From contig CM102286.1 in NCBI GenBank assembly GCA_046563655.1, positions 7,502,001 through 7,566,000 of the forward strand: a stretch of DNA of 64,000 bases. Reading direction: 5' to 3'. This document shows, piece by piece, positions 37,201-51,525 of the stretch (the first letter of the stretch is position 1; each line of letters opens with the position of its first letter). The translations under genes were made by a program, and so were the position numbers. The notes beneath the pieces were generated by a model that did not search any database, had not been told where the DNA came from, and saw only the letters and a list, made by a program, of their open reading frames with translations. The DNA comes from Yuukianura sp. NJ FZ-2021 (taxonomy: Eukaryota).

Positions 37201-40200
37201 CAAAAATCCTTCTGTAGAAAGTTAGAAGGTGTGATGGTGTTTTTAAAAATCAATATTTCGGAATTTTTTAAATTTCCATAAAAAAGGAAAATACACTGTA
37301 GTGAATTTGTTAGCCTAATCCTGACTTTTTCCAAAAATCCTTCTGTAGAAAGTTAGAAGGTGTGATGGTGTTTTTAAAAATCAATATTTCGGAATTTTTT
37401 AAATTTCCATAAAAAAGGAAAATGCACTGTAGTGAATTTGTTAGCCTAATCCTGACTTTTTCCAAAAATCCTTCTGTAGAAAGTTAGAAGGTGTGATGGT
37501 ATTTTTAAAAATCAATACTTTGGAATTTTTTAAATTTCCATAAAAAAGGAAAATGCACTGTAGTGAATTTGTTAGCCTAATCCTGACTTTTTCCAAAAAT
37601 CCTTCTGTAGAAAGTTAGAAGGTGTGATGGTGTTTTTAAAAATCAATATTTCGGAATTTTTTAAATTTCCATAAAAAAGGAAAATACACTGTAGTGAATT
37701 TGTTAGCCTAATCCTGACTTTTTCCAAAAATCCTTCTGTAGAAAGTTAGAAGGTGTGATGGTGTTTTTAAAAATCAATATTTCGGAATTTTTTAAATTTC
37801 CATAAAAAAGGAAAATGCACTGTAGTGAATTTGTTAGCCTAATCCTGACTTTTTCCAAAAATCCTTCTGTAGAAAGTTAGAAGGTGTGATGGTGTTTTTA
37901 AAAATCAATATTTCAGAATTTTTTAAATTTCCATAAAAAAGGAAAATGCACTGTAGTGAATTTGTTAGCCTAATCCTGACTTTTTCCAAAAATCCTTCTG
38001 TAGAAAGTTAGAAGGTGTGATGGTGTTTTTAAAAATCAATATTTCGGAATTTTTTAAATTTCCATAAAAAAGGAAAATGCACTGTAGTGAATTTGTTAGC
38101 CTAATCCTGACTTTTTCCAAAAATCCTTCTGTAGAAAGTTAGAAGGTGTGATGGTGTTTTTAAAAATCAATATTTCAGAATTTTTTAAATTTCCATAAAA
38201 AAGGAAAATGCACTGTAGTGAATTTGTTAGCCTAATCCTGACTTTTTCCAAAAATCCTTCTGTAGAAAGTTAGAAGGTGTGATGGTGTTTTTAAAAATCA
38301 ATGTTTCGGAATTTTTTAAATTTCCATAAAAAAGGAAAATGCACTGTAGTGAATTTGTTAGCCTAATCCTGACTTTTTCCAAAAATCCTTCTGTAGAAAG
38401 TTAGAAGGTGTGATGGTGTTTTTAAAAATCAATATTTCGGAATTTTTTAAATTTCCATAAAAAAGGAAAATGCACTGTAGTAAATTTGTTAGCCTAATCC
38501 TGACTTTTTCCAAAAATCCTTCTGTAGAAAGTTAGAAGGTGTGATGGTGTTTTTAAAAATCAATATTTCGGAATTTTTTAAATTTCCATAAAAAAGGAAA
38601 ATGCACTGTAGTGAATTTGTTAGCCTAATCCTGACTTTTTCCAAAAATCCTTCTGTAGGAAGTTAGAAGGTGTGATGGTGTTTTTAAAAATCAATATTTC
38701 GGAATTTTTTAAATTTCCATAAAAAAGGAAAATGCACTGTAGTGAATTTGTTAGCCTAATCCTGACTTTTTCCAAAAATCCTTCTGTAGAAAGTTAGAAG
38801 GTGTGATGGTGTTTTTAAAAATCAATATTTCGGAATTTTTTAAATTTCCATAAAAAAGGAAAATGCACTGTAGTGAATTTGTTAGCCTAATCCTGACTTT
38901 TTCCAAAAATCCTTCTGTAGAAAGTTAGAAGGTGTGATGGTGTTTTTAAAAATCAATATTTCGGAATTTTTTAAATTTCCATAAAAAAGGAAAATGCACT
39001 GTAGTGAATTTGTTAGCCTAATCCTGACTTTTTCCAAAAATCCTTCTGTAGAAAGTTAGAAGGTGTGATGGTGTTTTTAAAAATCAATATTTCGGAATTT
39101 TTTAAATTTCCATAAAAAAGGCAAATGCACTGTAGTGAATTTGTTAGCCTAATCCTGACTTTTTCCAAAAATCCTTCTGTAGAAACTTAGAAGGTGTGAT
39201 GGTATTTTTAAAAATCAATATTTCGGAATTTTTTAAATTTCCATAAAAAAGGAAAATGCACTGTAGTGAATTTGTTAGCCTAATCCTGACTTTTTCCAAA
39301 AATCCTTCTGTAGAAAGTTAGAAGGTGTGATGGTGTTTTTAAAAATCAATATTTCGGAATTTTTTAAATTTCCATAAAAAAGGAAAATGCACTGTAGTGA
39401 ATTTGTTAGCCTAATCCTGACTTTTTCCAAAAATCCTTCTGTAGAAAGTTAGAAGGTGTGATGGTGTTTTTAAAAATCAATATTTCGGAATTTTTTAAAT
39501 TTCCATAAAAAAGGAAAATGCACTGTAGTGAATTTGTTAGCCTAATCCTGACTTTTTCCAAAAATCCTTCTGTAGAAAGTTAGAAGGTGTGATGATGTTT
39601 TTAAAAATCAATATTTCGGAATTTTTTAAATTTCCATAAAAAAGGAAAATACACTGTAGTGAATTTGTTAGCCTAATCCTGACTTTTTCCAAAAATCCTT
39701 CTGTAGAAAGTTAGAAGGTGTGATGGTGTTTTTAAAAATCAATATTTCGGAATTTTTTAAATTTCCATAAAAAAGGAAAATGCACTGTAGTGAATTTGTT
39801 AGCCTAATCCTGACTTTTTCCAAAAATCCTTCTGTAGAAAGTTAGAAGGTGTGATGGTGTTTTTAAAAATCAATATTTCGGAATTTTTTAAATTTCCATA
39901 AAAAAGGAAAATGCACTGTAGTGAATTTGTTAGCCTAATCCTGACTTTTTCCAAAAATCCTTCTGTAGAAAGTTAGAAGGTGTGATGGTGTTTTTAAAAA
40001 TCAATATTTCGGAATTTTTTAAATTTCCATAAAAAAGGAAAATACACTGTAGTGAATTTGTTAGCCTAATCCTGACTTTTTCCAAAAATCCTTCTGTAGA
40101 AAGTTAGAAGGTGTGATGGTGTTTTTAAAAATCAATATTTCGGAATTTTTTAAATTTCCATAAAAAAGGAAAATACACTGTAGTGAATTTGTTAGCCTAA

Positions 40201-43200
40201 TCCTGACTTTTTCCAAAAATCCTTCTGTAGAAAGTTAGAAGGTGTGATGGTGTTTTTAAAAATCAATATTTCGGAATTTTTTAAATTTCCATAAAAAAGG
40301 AAAAGGAAAATACACTGTAGTGAATTTGTTAGCTTAATCCTGACTTTTTCCAAAAATCCTTCTGTAGAAAGTTAGAAGGTGTGATGGTGTTTTTAAAAAT
40401 CAATATTTCGGAATTTTTTAAATTTCCATAAAAAAGGAAAATGCACTGTAGTGAATTTGTTAGCCTAATCCTGACTTTTTCCAAAAATCCTTCTGTAGAA
40501 AGTTAGAAGGTGTGATGGTGTTTTTAAAAATCAATATTTCGGAATTTTTTAAATTTCCATAAAAAAGGAAAATGCACTGTAGTGAATTTGTTAGCCTAAT
40601 CCTGACTTTTTCCAAAAATCCTTCTGTAGAAAGTTAGAAGGTGTGATGGTGTTTTTAAAAATCAATATTTCGGAATTTTTTAAATTTCCATAAAAAAGGA
40701 AAATACACTGTAGTGAATTTGTTAGCCTAATCCTGACTTTTTCCAAAAATCCTTCTGTAGAAAGTTAGAAGGTGTGATGGTGTTTTTAAAAATCAATATT
40801 TCGGAATTTTTTAAATTTCCATAAAAAAGGAAAATGCACTGTAGTGAATTTGTTAGCCTAATCCTGACTTTTTCCAAAAATCCTTCTGTAGAAAGTTAGA
40901 AGGTGTGATGGTGTTTTTAAAAATCAATATTTCGGAATTTTTTAAATTTCCATAAAAAAGGAAAATGCACTGTAGTGAATTTGTTAGCCTAATCCTGACT
41001 TTTTCCAAAAATCCTTCTGTAGAAAGTTAGAAGGTGTGATGGTGTTTTTAAAAATCAATATTTCGGAATTTTTTAAATTTCCATAAAAAAGGAAAATACA
41101 CTGTAGTGAATTTGTTAGCCTAATCCTGACTTTTTCCAAAAATCCTTCTGTAGAAAGTTAGAAGGTGTGATGGTGTTTTTAAAAATCAATATTTCGGAAT
41201 TTTTTAAATTTCCATAAAAAAGGAAAATACACTGTAGTGAATTTGTTAGCCTAATCCTGACTTTTTCCAAAAATCCTTCTGTAGAAAGTTAGAAGGTGTG
41301 ATGGTGTTTTTAAAAATCAATATTTCGGAATTTTTTAAATTTCCATAAAAAAGGAAAAGGAAAATACACTGTAGTGAATTTGTTAGCTTAATCCTGACTT
41401 TTTCCAAAAATCCTTCTGTAGAAAGTTAGAAGGTGTGATGGTGTTTTTAAAAATCAATATTTCGGAATTTTTTAAATTTCCATAAAAAAGGAAAATGCAC
41501 TGTAGTGAATTTGTTAGCCTAATCCTGACTTTTTCCAAAAATCCTTCTGTAGAAAGTTAGAAGGTGTGATGGTGTTTTTAAAAATCAATATTTCGGAATT
41601 TTTTAAATTTCCATAAAAAAGGAAAATGCACTGTAGTGAATTTGTTAGCCTAATCCTGACTTTTTCCAAAAATCCTTCTGTAGAAAGTTAGAAGGTGTGA
41701 TGGTGTTTTTAAAAATCAATATTTCGGAATTTTTTAAATTTCCATAAAAAAGGAAAATACACTGTAGTGAATTTGTTAGCCTAATCCTGACTTTTTCCAA
41801 AAATCCTTCTGTAGAAAGTTAGAAGGTGTGATGGTGTTTTTAAAAATCAATACTTTGGAATTTTTTAAATTTCCATAAAAAAGGAAAATGCACTGTAGTG
41901 AATTTGTTAGCCTAATCCTGACTTTTTCCAAAAATCCTTGTGGAGAAAGTTAGAAGGTGTGATGGTATTTTTAAAAATCAATACTTTGGAATTTTTTAAA
42001 TTTCCATAAAAAAGGAAAATGCACTGTAGTGAATTTGTTAGCCTAATCCTGACTTTTTCCAAAAATCCTTCTGTAGAAAGTTAGAAGGTGTGATGGTGTT
42101 TTTAAAAATCAATATTTCGGAATTTTTTAAATTTCCATAAAAAAGGAAAATACACTGTAGTGAATTTGTTAGCCTAATCCTGACTTTTTCCAAAAATCCT
42201 TCTGTAGAAAGTTAGAAGGTGTGATGGTGTTTTTAAAAATCAATATTTCGGAATTTTTTAAATTTCCATAAAAAAGGAAAATGCACTGTAGTGAATTTGT
42301 TAGCCTAATCCTGACTTTTTCCAAAAATCCTTCTGTAGAAAGTTAGAAGGTGTGATGGTGTTTTTAAAAATCAATATTTCAGAATTTTTTAAATTTCCAT
42401 AAAAAAGGAAAATGCACTGTAGTGAATTTGTTAGCCTAATCCTGACTTTTTCCAAAAATCCTTCTGTAGAAAGTTAGAAGGTGTGATGGTGTTTTTAAAA
42501 ATCAATATTTCGGAATTTTTTAAATTTCCATAAAAAAGGAAAATGCACTGTAGTGAATTTGTTAGCCTAATCCTGACTTTTTCCAAAAATCCTTCTGTAG
42601 AAAGTTAGAAGGTGTGATGGTGTTTTTAAAAATCAATATTTCAGAATTTTTTAAATTTCCATAAAAAAGGAAAATGCACTGTAGTGAATTTGTTAGCCTA
42701 ATCCTGACTTTTTCCAAAAATCCTTCTGTAGAAAGTTAGAAGGTGTGATGGTGTTTTTAAAAATCAATGTTTCGGAATTTTTTAAATTTCCATAAAAAAG
42801 GAAAATGCACTGTAGTGAATTTGTTAGCCTAATCCTGACTTTTTCCAAAAATCCTTCTGTAGAAAGTTAGAAGGTGTGATGGTGTTTTTAAAAATCAATA
42901 TTTCGGAATTTTTTAAATTTCCATAAAAAAGGAAAATGCACTGTAGTAAATTTGTTAGCCTAATCCTGACTTTTTCCAAAAATCCTTCTGTAGAAAGTTA
43001 GAAGGTGTGATGGTGTTTTTAAAAATCAATATTTCGGAATTTTTTAAATTTCCATAAAAAAGGAAAATGCACTGTAGTGAATTTGTTAGCCTAATCCTGA
43101 CTTTTTCCAAAAATCCTTCTGTAGGAAGTTAGAAGGTGTGATGGTGTTTTTAAAAATCAATATTTCGGAATTTTTTAAATTTCCATAAAAAAGGAAAATG

Positions 43201-46200
43201 CACTGTAGTGAATTTGTTAGCCTAATCCTGACTTTTTCCAAAAATCCTTCTGTAGAAAGTTAGAAGGTGTGATGGTGTTTTTAAAAATCAATATTTCGGA
43301 ATTTTTTAAATTTCCATAAAAAAGGAAAATGCACTGTAGTGAATTTGTTAGCCTAATCCTGACTTTTTCCAAAAATCCTTCTGTAGAAAGTTAGAAGGTG
43401 TGATGGTGTTTTTAAAAATCAATATTTCGGAATTTTTTAAATTTCCATAAAAAAGGAAAATGCACTGTAGTGAATTTGTTAGCCTAATCCTGACTTTTTC
43501 CAAAAATCCTTCTGTAGAAAGTTAGAAGGTGTGATGGTGTTTTTAAAAATCAATATTTCGGAATTTTTTAAATTTCCATAAAAAAGGCAAATGCACTGTA
43601 GTGAATTTGTTAGCCTAATCCTGACTTTTTCCAAAAATCCTTCTGTAGAAACTTAGAAGGTGTGATGGTATTTTTAAAAATCAATATTTCGGAATTTTTT
43701 AAATTTCCATAAAAAAGGAAAATGCACTGTAGTGAATTTGTTAGCCTAATCCTGACTTTTTCCAAAAATCCTTCTGTAGAAAGTTAGAAGGTGTGATGGT
43801 GTTTTTAAAAATCAATATTTCGGAATTTTTTAAATTTCCATAAAAAAGGAAAATGCACTGTAGTGAATTTGTTAGCCTAATCCTGACTTTTTCCAAAAAT
43901 CCTTCTGTAGAAAGTTAGAAGGTGTGATGGTGTTTTTAAAAATCAATATTTCGGAATTTTTTAAATTTCCATAAAAAAAGGAAAATGCACTGTAGTGAAT
44001 TTGTTAGCCTAATCCTGACTTTTTCCAAAAATCCTTCTGTAGAAAGTTAGAAGGTGTGATGATGTTTTTAAAAATCAATATTTCGGAATTTTTTAAATTT
44101 CCATAAAAAAGGAAAATACACTGTAGTGAATTTGTTAGCCTAATCCTGACTTTTTCCAAAAATCCTTCTGTAGAAAGTTAGAAGGTGTGATGGTGTTTTT
44201 AAAAATCAATATTTCGGAATTTTTTAAATTTCCATAAAAAAGGAAAATGCACTGTAGTGAATTTGTTAGCCTAATCCTGACTTTTTCCAAAAATCCTTCT
44301 GTAGAAAGTTAGAAGGTGTGATGGTGTTTTTAAAAATCAATATTTCGGAATTTTTTAAATTTCCATAAAAAAGGAAAATGCACTGTAGTGAATTTGTTAG
44401 CCTAATCCTGACTTTTTCCAAAAATCCTTCTGTAGAAAGTTAGAAGGTGTGATGGTGTTTTTAAAAATCAATATTTCGGAATTTTTTAAATTTCCATAAA
44501 AAAGGAAAATACACTGTAGTGAATTTGTTAGCCTAATCCTGACTTTTTCCAAAAATCCTTCTGTAGAAAGTTAGAAGGTGTGATGGTGTTTTTAAAAATC
44601 AATATTTCGGAATTTTTTAAATTTCCATAAAAAAGGAAAATACACTGTAGTGAATTTGTTAGCCTAATCCTGACTTTTTCCAAAAATCCTTCTGTAGAAA
44701 GTTAGAAGGTGTGATGGTGTTTTTAAAAATCAATATTTCGGAATTTTTTAAATTTCCATAAAAAAGGAAAATGCACTGTAGTGAATTTGTTAGCCTAATC
44801 CTGACTTTTTCCAAAAATCCTTCTGTAGAAAGTTAGAAGGTGTGATGGTGTTTTTAAAAATCAATATTTCGGAATTTTTTAAATTTCCATAAAAAAGGAA
44901 AATGCACTGTAGTGAATTTGTTAGCCTAATCCTGACTTTTTCCAAAAATCCTTCTGTAGAAAGTTAGAAGGTGTGATGGTGTTTTTAAAAATCAATATTT
45001 CGGAATTTTTTAAATTTCCATAAAAAAGGAAAATACACTGTAGTGAATTTGTTAGCCTAATCCTGACTTTTTCCAAAAATCCTTCTGTAGAAAGTTAGAA
45101 GGTGTGATGGTGTTTTTAAAAATCAATATTTCGGAATTTTTTAAATTTCCATAAAAAAGGAAAATGCACTGTAGTGAATTTGTTAGCCTAATCCTGACTT
45201 TTTCCAAAAATCCTTCTGTAGAAAGTTAGAAGGTGTGATGGTGTTTTTAAAAATCAATATTTCGGAATTTTTTAAATTTCCATAAAAAAGGAAAATGCAC
45301 TGTAGTGAATTTGTTAGCCTAATCCTGACTTTTTCCAAAAATCCTTCTGTAGAAAGTTAGAAGGTGTGATGGTGTTTTTAAAAATCAATATTTCGGAATT
45401 TTTTAAATTTCCATAAAAAAAGGAAAATGCACTGTAGTGAATTTGTTAGCCTAATCCTGACTTTTTCCAAAAATCCTTCTGTAGAAAGTTAGAAGGTGTG
45501 ATGGTGTTTTTAAAAATCAATATTTCGGAATTTTTTAAATTTCCATAAAAAAAGGAAAATGCACTGTAGTGAATTTGTTAGCTTAATCCTGACTTTTTCC
45601 AAAAATCCTTCTGTAGAAAGTTAGAAGGTGTGATGGTGTTTTTAAAAATCAATATTTCGGAATTTTTTAAATTTCCATAAAAAAGGAAAATACACTGTAG
45701 TGAATTTGTTAGCCTAATCCTGACTTTTTCCAAAAATCCTGCTGTAGAAAGTTAGAAGGTGTGATGGTATTTTTAAAAATCAATATTTCGGAATTTTTTA
45801 AATTTCCATAAAAAAGGAAAATGCACTGTAGTGAATTTGTTAGCCTAATCCTGACTTTTTCCAAAAATCCTTCTGTAGAAAGTTAGAAGGTGTGATGGTG
45901 TTTTTAAAAATCAATATTTCGGAATTTTTTAAATTTCCATAAAAAAGGAAAATACACTGTAGTGAATTTGTTAGCCTAATCCTGACTTTTTCCAAAAATC
46001 CTTCTGTAGAAAGTTAGAAGGTGTGATGGTGTTTTTAAAAATCAATATTTCGGAATTTTTTAAATTTCCATAAAAAAAGGAAAATGCACTGTAGGGAATT
46101 TGTTAGCCTAATCCTGACTTTTTCCAAAAATCCTTCTGTAGAAAGTTAGAAGGTGTGATGGTGTTTTTAAAAATCAATATTTCGGAATTTTTTAAATTTC

Positions 46201-49200
46201 CATAAAAAAGGAAAAGGAAAATACACTGTAGTGAATTTGTTAGCTTAATCCTGACTTTTTCCAAAAATCCTTCTGTAGAAAGTTAGAAGGTGTGATGGTG
46301 TTTTTAAAAATCAATATTTCGGAATTTTTTAAATTTCCATAAAAAAGGAAAATGCACTGTAGTGAATTTGTTAGCCTAATCCTGACTTTTTCCAAAAATC
46401 CTTCTGTAGAAAGTTAGAAGGTGTGATGGTGTTTTTAAAAATCAATATTTCGGAATTTTTTAAATTTCCATAAAAAAAGGAAAATGCACTGTAGTGAATT
46501 TGTTAGCCTAATCCTGACTTTTTCCAAAAATCCTTCTGTAGAAAGTTAGAAGGTGTGATGGTGTTTTTAAAAATCAATATTTCGGAATTTTTTAAATTTC
46601 CATAAAAAAGGAAAATACACTGTAGTGAATTTGTTAGCCTAATCCTGACTTTTTCCAAAAATCCTTCTGTAGAAAGTTAGAAGGTGTGATGGTGTTTTTA
46701 AAAATCAATATTTCGGAATTTTTTAAATTTCCATAAAAAAGGAAAATGCACTGTAGTGAATTTGTTAGCCTAATCCTGACTTTTTCCAAAAATCCTTCTG
46801 GAGAAAGTTAGAAGGTGTGATGGTATTTTTAAAAATCAATACTTTGGAATTTTTTAAATTTCCATAAAAAAGGAAAATGCACTGTAGTGAATTTGTTAGC
46901 CTAATCCTGACTTTTTCCAAAAATCCTTCTGTAGAAAGTTAGAAGGTGTGATGGTGTTTTAAAAAAACAGTATTTTGGAATTTTTTAAATTTTCATAAAA
47001 AAGGAAAATACACTATAGTAAATTTGTTAGCCTAATCCTGACTTTTTCCAAAAATCCTTCTGTAGAAAGTTAGAAGGTGTGATGGTGTTTTTAAAAATCA
47101 ATATTTCGGAATTTTTTAAATTTCCATAAAAAAGGAAAATGCACTGTAGTGAATTTGTTAGCCTAATCCTGACTTTTTCCAAAAATCCTTCTGTAGAAAG
47201 TTAGAAGGTGTGATGGTGTTTTTAAAAATCAATATTTCAGAATTTTTTAAATTTCCATAAAAAAGGAAAATGCACTGTAGTGAATTTGTTAGCCTAATCC
47301 TGACTTTTTCCAAAAATCCTTCTGTAGAAAGTTAGAAGGTGTGATGGTGTTTTTAAAAATCAATGTTTCGGAATTTTTTAAATTTCCATAAAAAAGGAAA
47401 ATGCACTGTAGTGAATTTGTTAGCCTAATCCTGACTTTTTCCAAAAATCCTTCTGTAGAAAGTTAGAAGGTGTGATGGTGTTTTTAAAAATCAATATTTC
47501 GGAATTTTTTAAATTTCCATAAAAAAGGAAAATGCACTGTAGTAAATTTGTTAGCCTAATCCTGACTTTTTCCAAAAATCCTTCTGTAGAAAGTTAGAAG
47601 GTGTGATGGTGTTTTTAAAAATCAATATTTCGGAATTTTTTAAATTTCCATAAAAAAGGAAAATGCACTGTAGTGAATTTGTTAGCCTAATCCTGACTTT
47701 TTCCAAAAATCCTTCTGTAGGAAGTTAGAAGGTGTGATGGTGTTTTTAAAAATCAATATTTCGGAATTTTTTAAATTTCCATAAAAAAGGAAAATGCACT
47801 GTAGTGAATTTGTTAGCCTAATCCTGACTTTTTCCAAAAATCCTTCTGTAGAAAGTTAGAAGGTGTGATGGTGTTTTTAAAAATCAATATTTCGGAATTT
47901 TTTAAATTTCCATAAAAAAGGAAAATGCACTGTAGTGAATTTGTTAGCCTAATCCTGACTTTTTCCAAAAATCCTTCTGTAGAAAGTTAGAAGGTGTGAT
48001 GGTGTTTTTAAAAATCAATATTTCGGAATTTTTTAAATTTCCATAAAAAAGGAAAATGCACTGTAGTGAATTTGTTAGCCTAATCCTGACTTTTTCCAAA
48101 AATCCTTCTGTAGAAAGTTAGAAGGTGTGATGGTGTTTTTAAAAATCAATATTTCGGAATTTTTTAAATTTCCATAAAAAAGGAAAATGCACTGTAGTGA
48201 ATTTGTTAGCCTAATCCTGACTTTTTCCAAAAATCCTTCTGTAGAAACTTAGAAGGTGTGATGGTATTTTTAAAAATCAATATTTCGGAATTTTTTAAAT
48301 TTCCATAAAAAAGGAAAATGCACTGTAGTGAATTTGTTAGCCTAATCCTGACTTTTTCCAAAAATCCTTCTGTAGAAAGTTAGAAGGTGTGATGGTGTTT
48401 TTAAAAATCAATATTTCGGAATTTTTTAAATTTCCATAAAAAAGGAAAATGCACTGTAGTGAATTTGTTAGCCTAATCCTGACTTTTTCCAAAAATCCTT
48501 CTGTAGGAAGTTAGAAGGTGTGATGGTGTTTTTAAAAATCAATATTTCGGAATTTTTTAAATTTCCATAAAAAAGGAAAATGCACTGTAGTGAATTTGTT
48601 AGCCTAATCCTGACTTTTTCCAAAAATCCTTCTGTAGAAAGTTAGAAGGTGTGATGGTGTTTTTAAAAATCAATATTTCGGAATTTTTTAAATTTCCATA
48701 AAAAAGGAAAATACACTGTAGTGAATTTGTTAGCCTAATCCTGACTTTTTCCAAAAATCCTTCTGTAGAAAGTTAGAAGGTGTGATGGTGTTCTTAAAAA
48801 TCAATATTTCGGAATTTTTTAAATTTCCATAAAAAAGGAAAATGCACTGTAGTGAATTTGTTAGCCTAATCCTGACTTTTTCCAAAAATCCTTCTGTAGA
48901 AAGTTAGAAGGTGTGATGGTGTTTTTAAAAATCAATATTTCGGAATTTTTTAAATTTCCATAAAAAAGGAAAATACACTGTAGTGAATTTGTTAGCCTAA
49001 TCCTGACTTTTTTCAAAAATCCTTCTGTAGAAAGTTAGAAGGTGTGATGGTGTTTTTAAAAATCAATATTTCGGAATTTTTTAAATTTCCATAAAAAAGG
49101 AAAATACACTGTAGTGAATTTGTTAGCCTAATCCTGACTTTTTCCAAAAATCCTTCTGTAGAAAGTTAGAAGGTGTGATGGTGTTTTTAAAAATCAATAT

Positions 49201-51084
49201 TTCGGAATTTTTTAAATTTCCATAAAAAAGGAAAATACACTGTAGTGAATTTGTTAGCCTAATCCTGACTTTTTCCAAAAATCCTTCTGTAGAAAGTTAG
49301 AAGGTGTGATGGTGTTTTTAAAAATCAATATTTCGGAATTTTTTAAATTTCCATAAAAAAGGAAAATGCACTGTAGTGAATTTGTTAGCCTAATCCTGAC
49401 TTTTTCCAAAAATCCTTCTGTAGAAAGTTAGAAGGTGTGATGGAGTTTTTAAAAATCAATATTTCGGAATTTTTTAAATTTCCATAAAAAAGGAAAATGC
49501 ACTGTAGTGAATTTGTTAGCCTAATCCTGACTTTTTCCAAAAATCCTTCTGTAGAAAGTTAGAAGGTGTGATGGTGTTTTTAAAAATCAATATTTCGGAA
49601 TTTTTTAAATTTCCATAAAAAAGGAAAATGCACTGTAGTGAATTTGTTAGCCTAATCCTGACTTTTTCCAAAAATCCTTCTGTAGAAAGTTAGAAGGTGT
49701 GATGGTGTTTTTAAAAATCAATATTTCGGAATTTTTTAAATTTCCATAAAAAAGGAAAATGCACTGTAGTGAATTTGTTAGCCTAATCCTGACTTTTTCC
49801 AAAAATCCTTCTGTAGAAAGTTAGAAGGTGTGATGGTGTTTTTAAAAATCAATATTTCGGAATTTTTTAAATTTCCATAAAAAAGGAAAATGCACTAGTG
49901 AATTTGTTAGCCTAATCCTGACTTTTTCCAAAAGTCCTTCTGTAGAAAGTTAGAAGGTGTGATGGCGTTTTTAAAAATCAATCTTTTGGAATTTTTTAAA
50001 TTTTCATAAAAAAGGAAAATGCACTGGAGTGAATTTGTTAGCCTGATCCTGACTTTTTTCAAAAGTCCTTCTGTAGAAAGTTAGAAGGTGTGATGGTGTT
50101 TTTAAAAATCAATATTTCGGAATTTTTTAAATTTCCATAAAAAAAGGAAAATGCACTGTAGTGAATTTGTTAGCCTAATCCTGACTTTTTCCAAAAATCC
50201 TTCTGTAGAAAGTTAGAAGGTGTGATGGTGTTTTTAAAAATCAATATTTCGGAATTTTTTAAATTTCCATAAAAAAGGAAAATACACTGTAGTGAATTTG
50301 TTAGCCTAATCCTGACTTTTTTCAAAAATCCTTCTGTAGAAAGTTAGAAGGTGTGATGGTGTTTTTAAAAATCAATATTTCGGAATTTTTTAAATTTCCA
50401 TAAAAAAGGAAAATACACTGTAGTGAATTTGTTAGCCTAATCCTGACTTTTTCCAAAAATCCTTCTGTAGAAAGTTAGAAGGTGTGATGGTGTTTTTAAA
50501 AATCAATATTTCGGAATTTTTTAAATTTCCATAAAAAAGGAAAATACACTGTAGTGAATTTGTTAGCCTAATCCTGACTTTTTCCAAAAATCCTTCTGTA
50601 GAAAGTTAGAAGGTGTGATGGTGTTTTTAAAAATCAATATTTCGGAATTTTTTAAATTTCCATAAAAAAGGAAAATGCACTGTAGTGAATTTGTTAGCCT
50701 AATCCTGACTTTTTCCAAAAATCCTTCTGTAGAAAGTTAGAAGGTGTGATGGTGTTTTTAAAAATCAATATTTCGGAATTTTTTAAATTTCCATAAAAAA
50801 GGAAAATGCACTGTAGTGAATTTGTTAGCCTAATCCTGACTTTTTCCAAAAATCCTTCTGTAGGAAGTTAGAAGGTGTGATGGTGTTTTTAAAAATCAAT
50901 ATTTCGGAATTTTTTAAATTTCCATAAAAAAGGAAAATGCACTGTAGTGAATTTGTTAGCCTAATCCTGACTTTTTCCAAAAATCCTTCTGTAGAAAGTT
51001 AGAAGGTGTGATGGTGTTTTTAAAAATCAATATTTCGGAATTTTTTAAATTTCCATAAAAAAGGAAAATGCACTGTAGTGAATT
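28222..51084. repeat. Tandem array of a 131-bp unit, about 174 copies (~22.9 kb)
   Basis: Period of 131 (ataaaaaagg at 28231, 28362, 28493). Copies are nearly identical, with sparse recurrent variants. Confidence 0.98.
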
Positions 51085-51253
51085 AATTACAGCATTAATT
51101 AATTAACAAGTAATCAAAATGGGGAATTTTTAGTTAACTAAGTACTATTAATTTAATTTTGTGAATTAAATTAATTAACTCAAAATTCGTTTCATTACTT
51201 GTGTCTTTAATTAATGCTCAATTACATAAAAGTTAACCCGTCAATTTTTTTGG

Positions 51254-51525
51254 GATCGGGGAACGGAAGAAGATCGCTTGGGAGCGCTGCAAACCCCCAA
51301 GGATCGGGAGCGCGTCCAGGAAGATCGCGGGGTAGGCCCAAAGATCGGGGATCGCCTCCAGTAAGATCGCGGGGTAGGCCCAAAGATCGGGGATCGCCTC
51401 CAGCAAGATCGCGGGGTAGGACCAAAGAGCGGGGATCGCAGCCAGTAAGATCGCGGGGTAAAGGCAAAAGATCGGGGATCGGGTGTTTGGGAGCGCGCCA
51501 GAAGTGCCGAACTATGATTCGGATT
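51254..51525. repeat. Second GC-rich 42-bp repeat cluster (about 4 copies)
   Basis: Same unit and orientation as 27517-27654, ending gggagcgcgccagaagtgccga. Confidence 0.9.

Noticed and set aside
28222..51084. CRISPR array
   Set aside because: There are no unique spacers, whole units repeat, there are no cas genes, and the context is eukaryotic.
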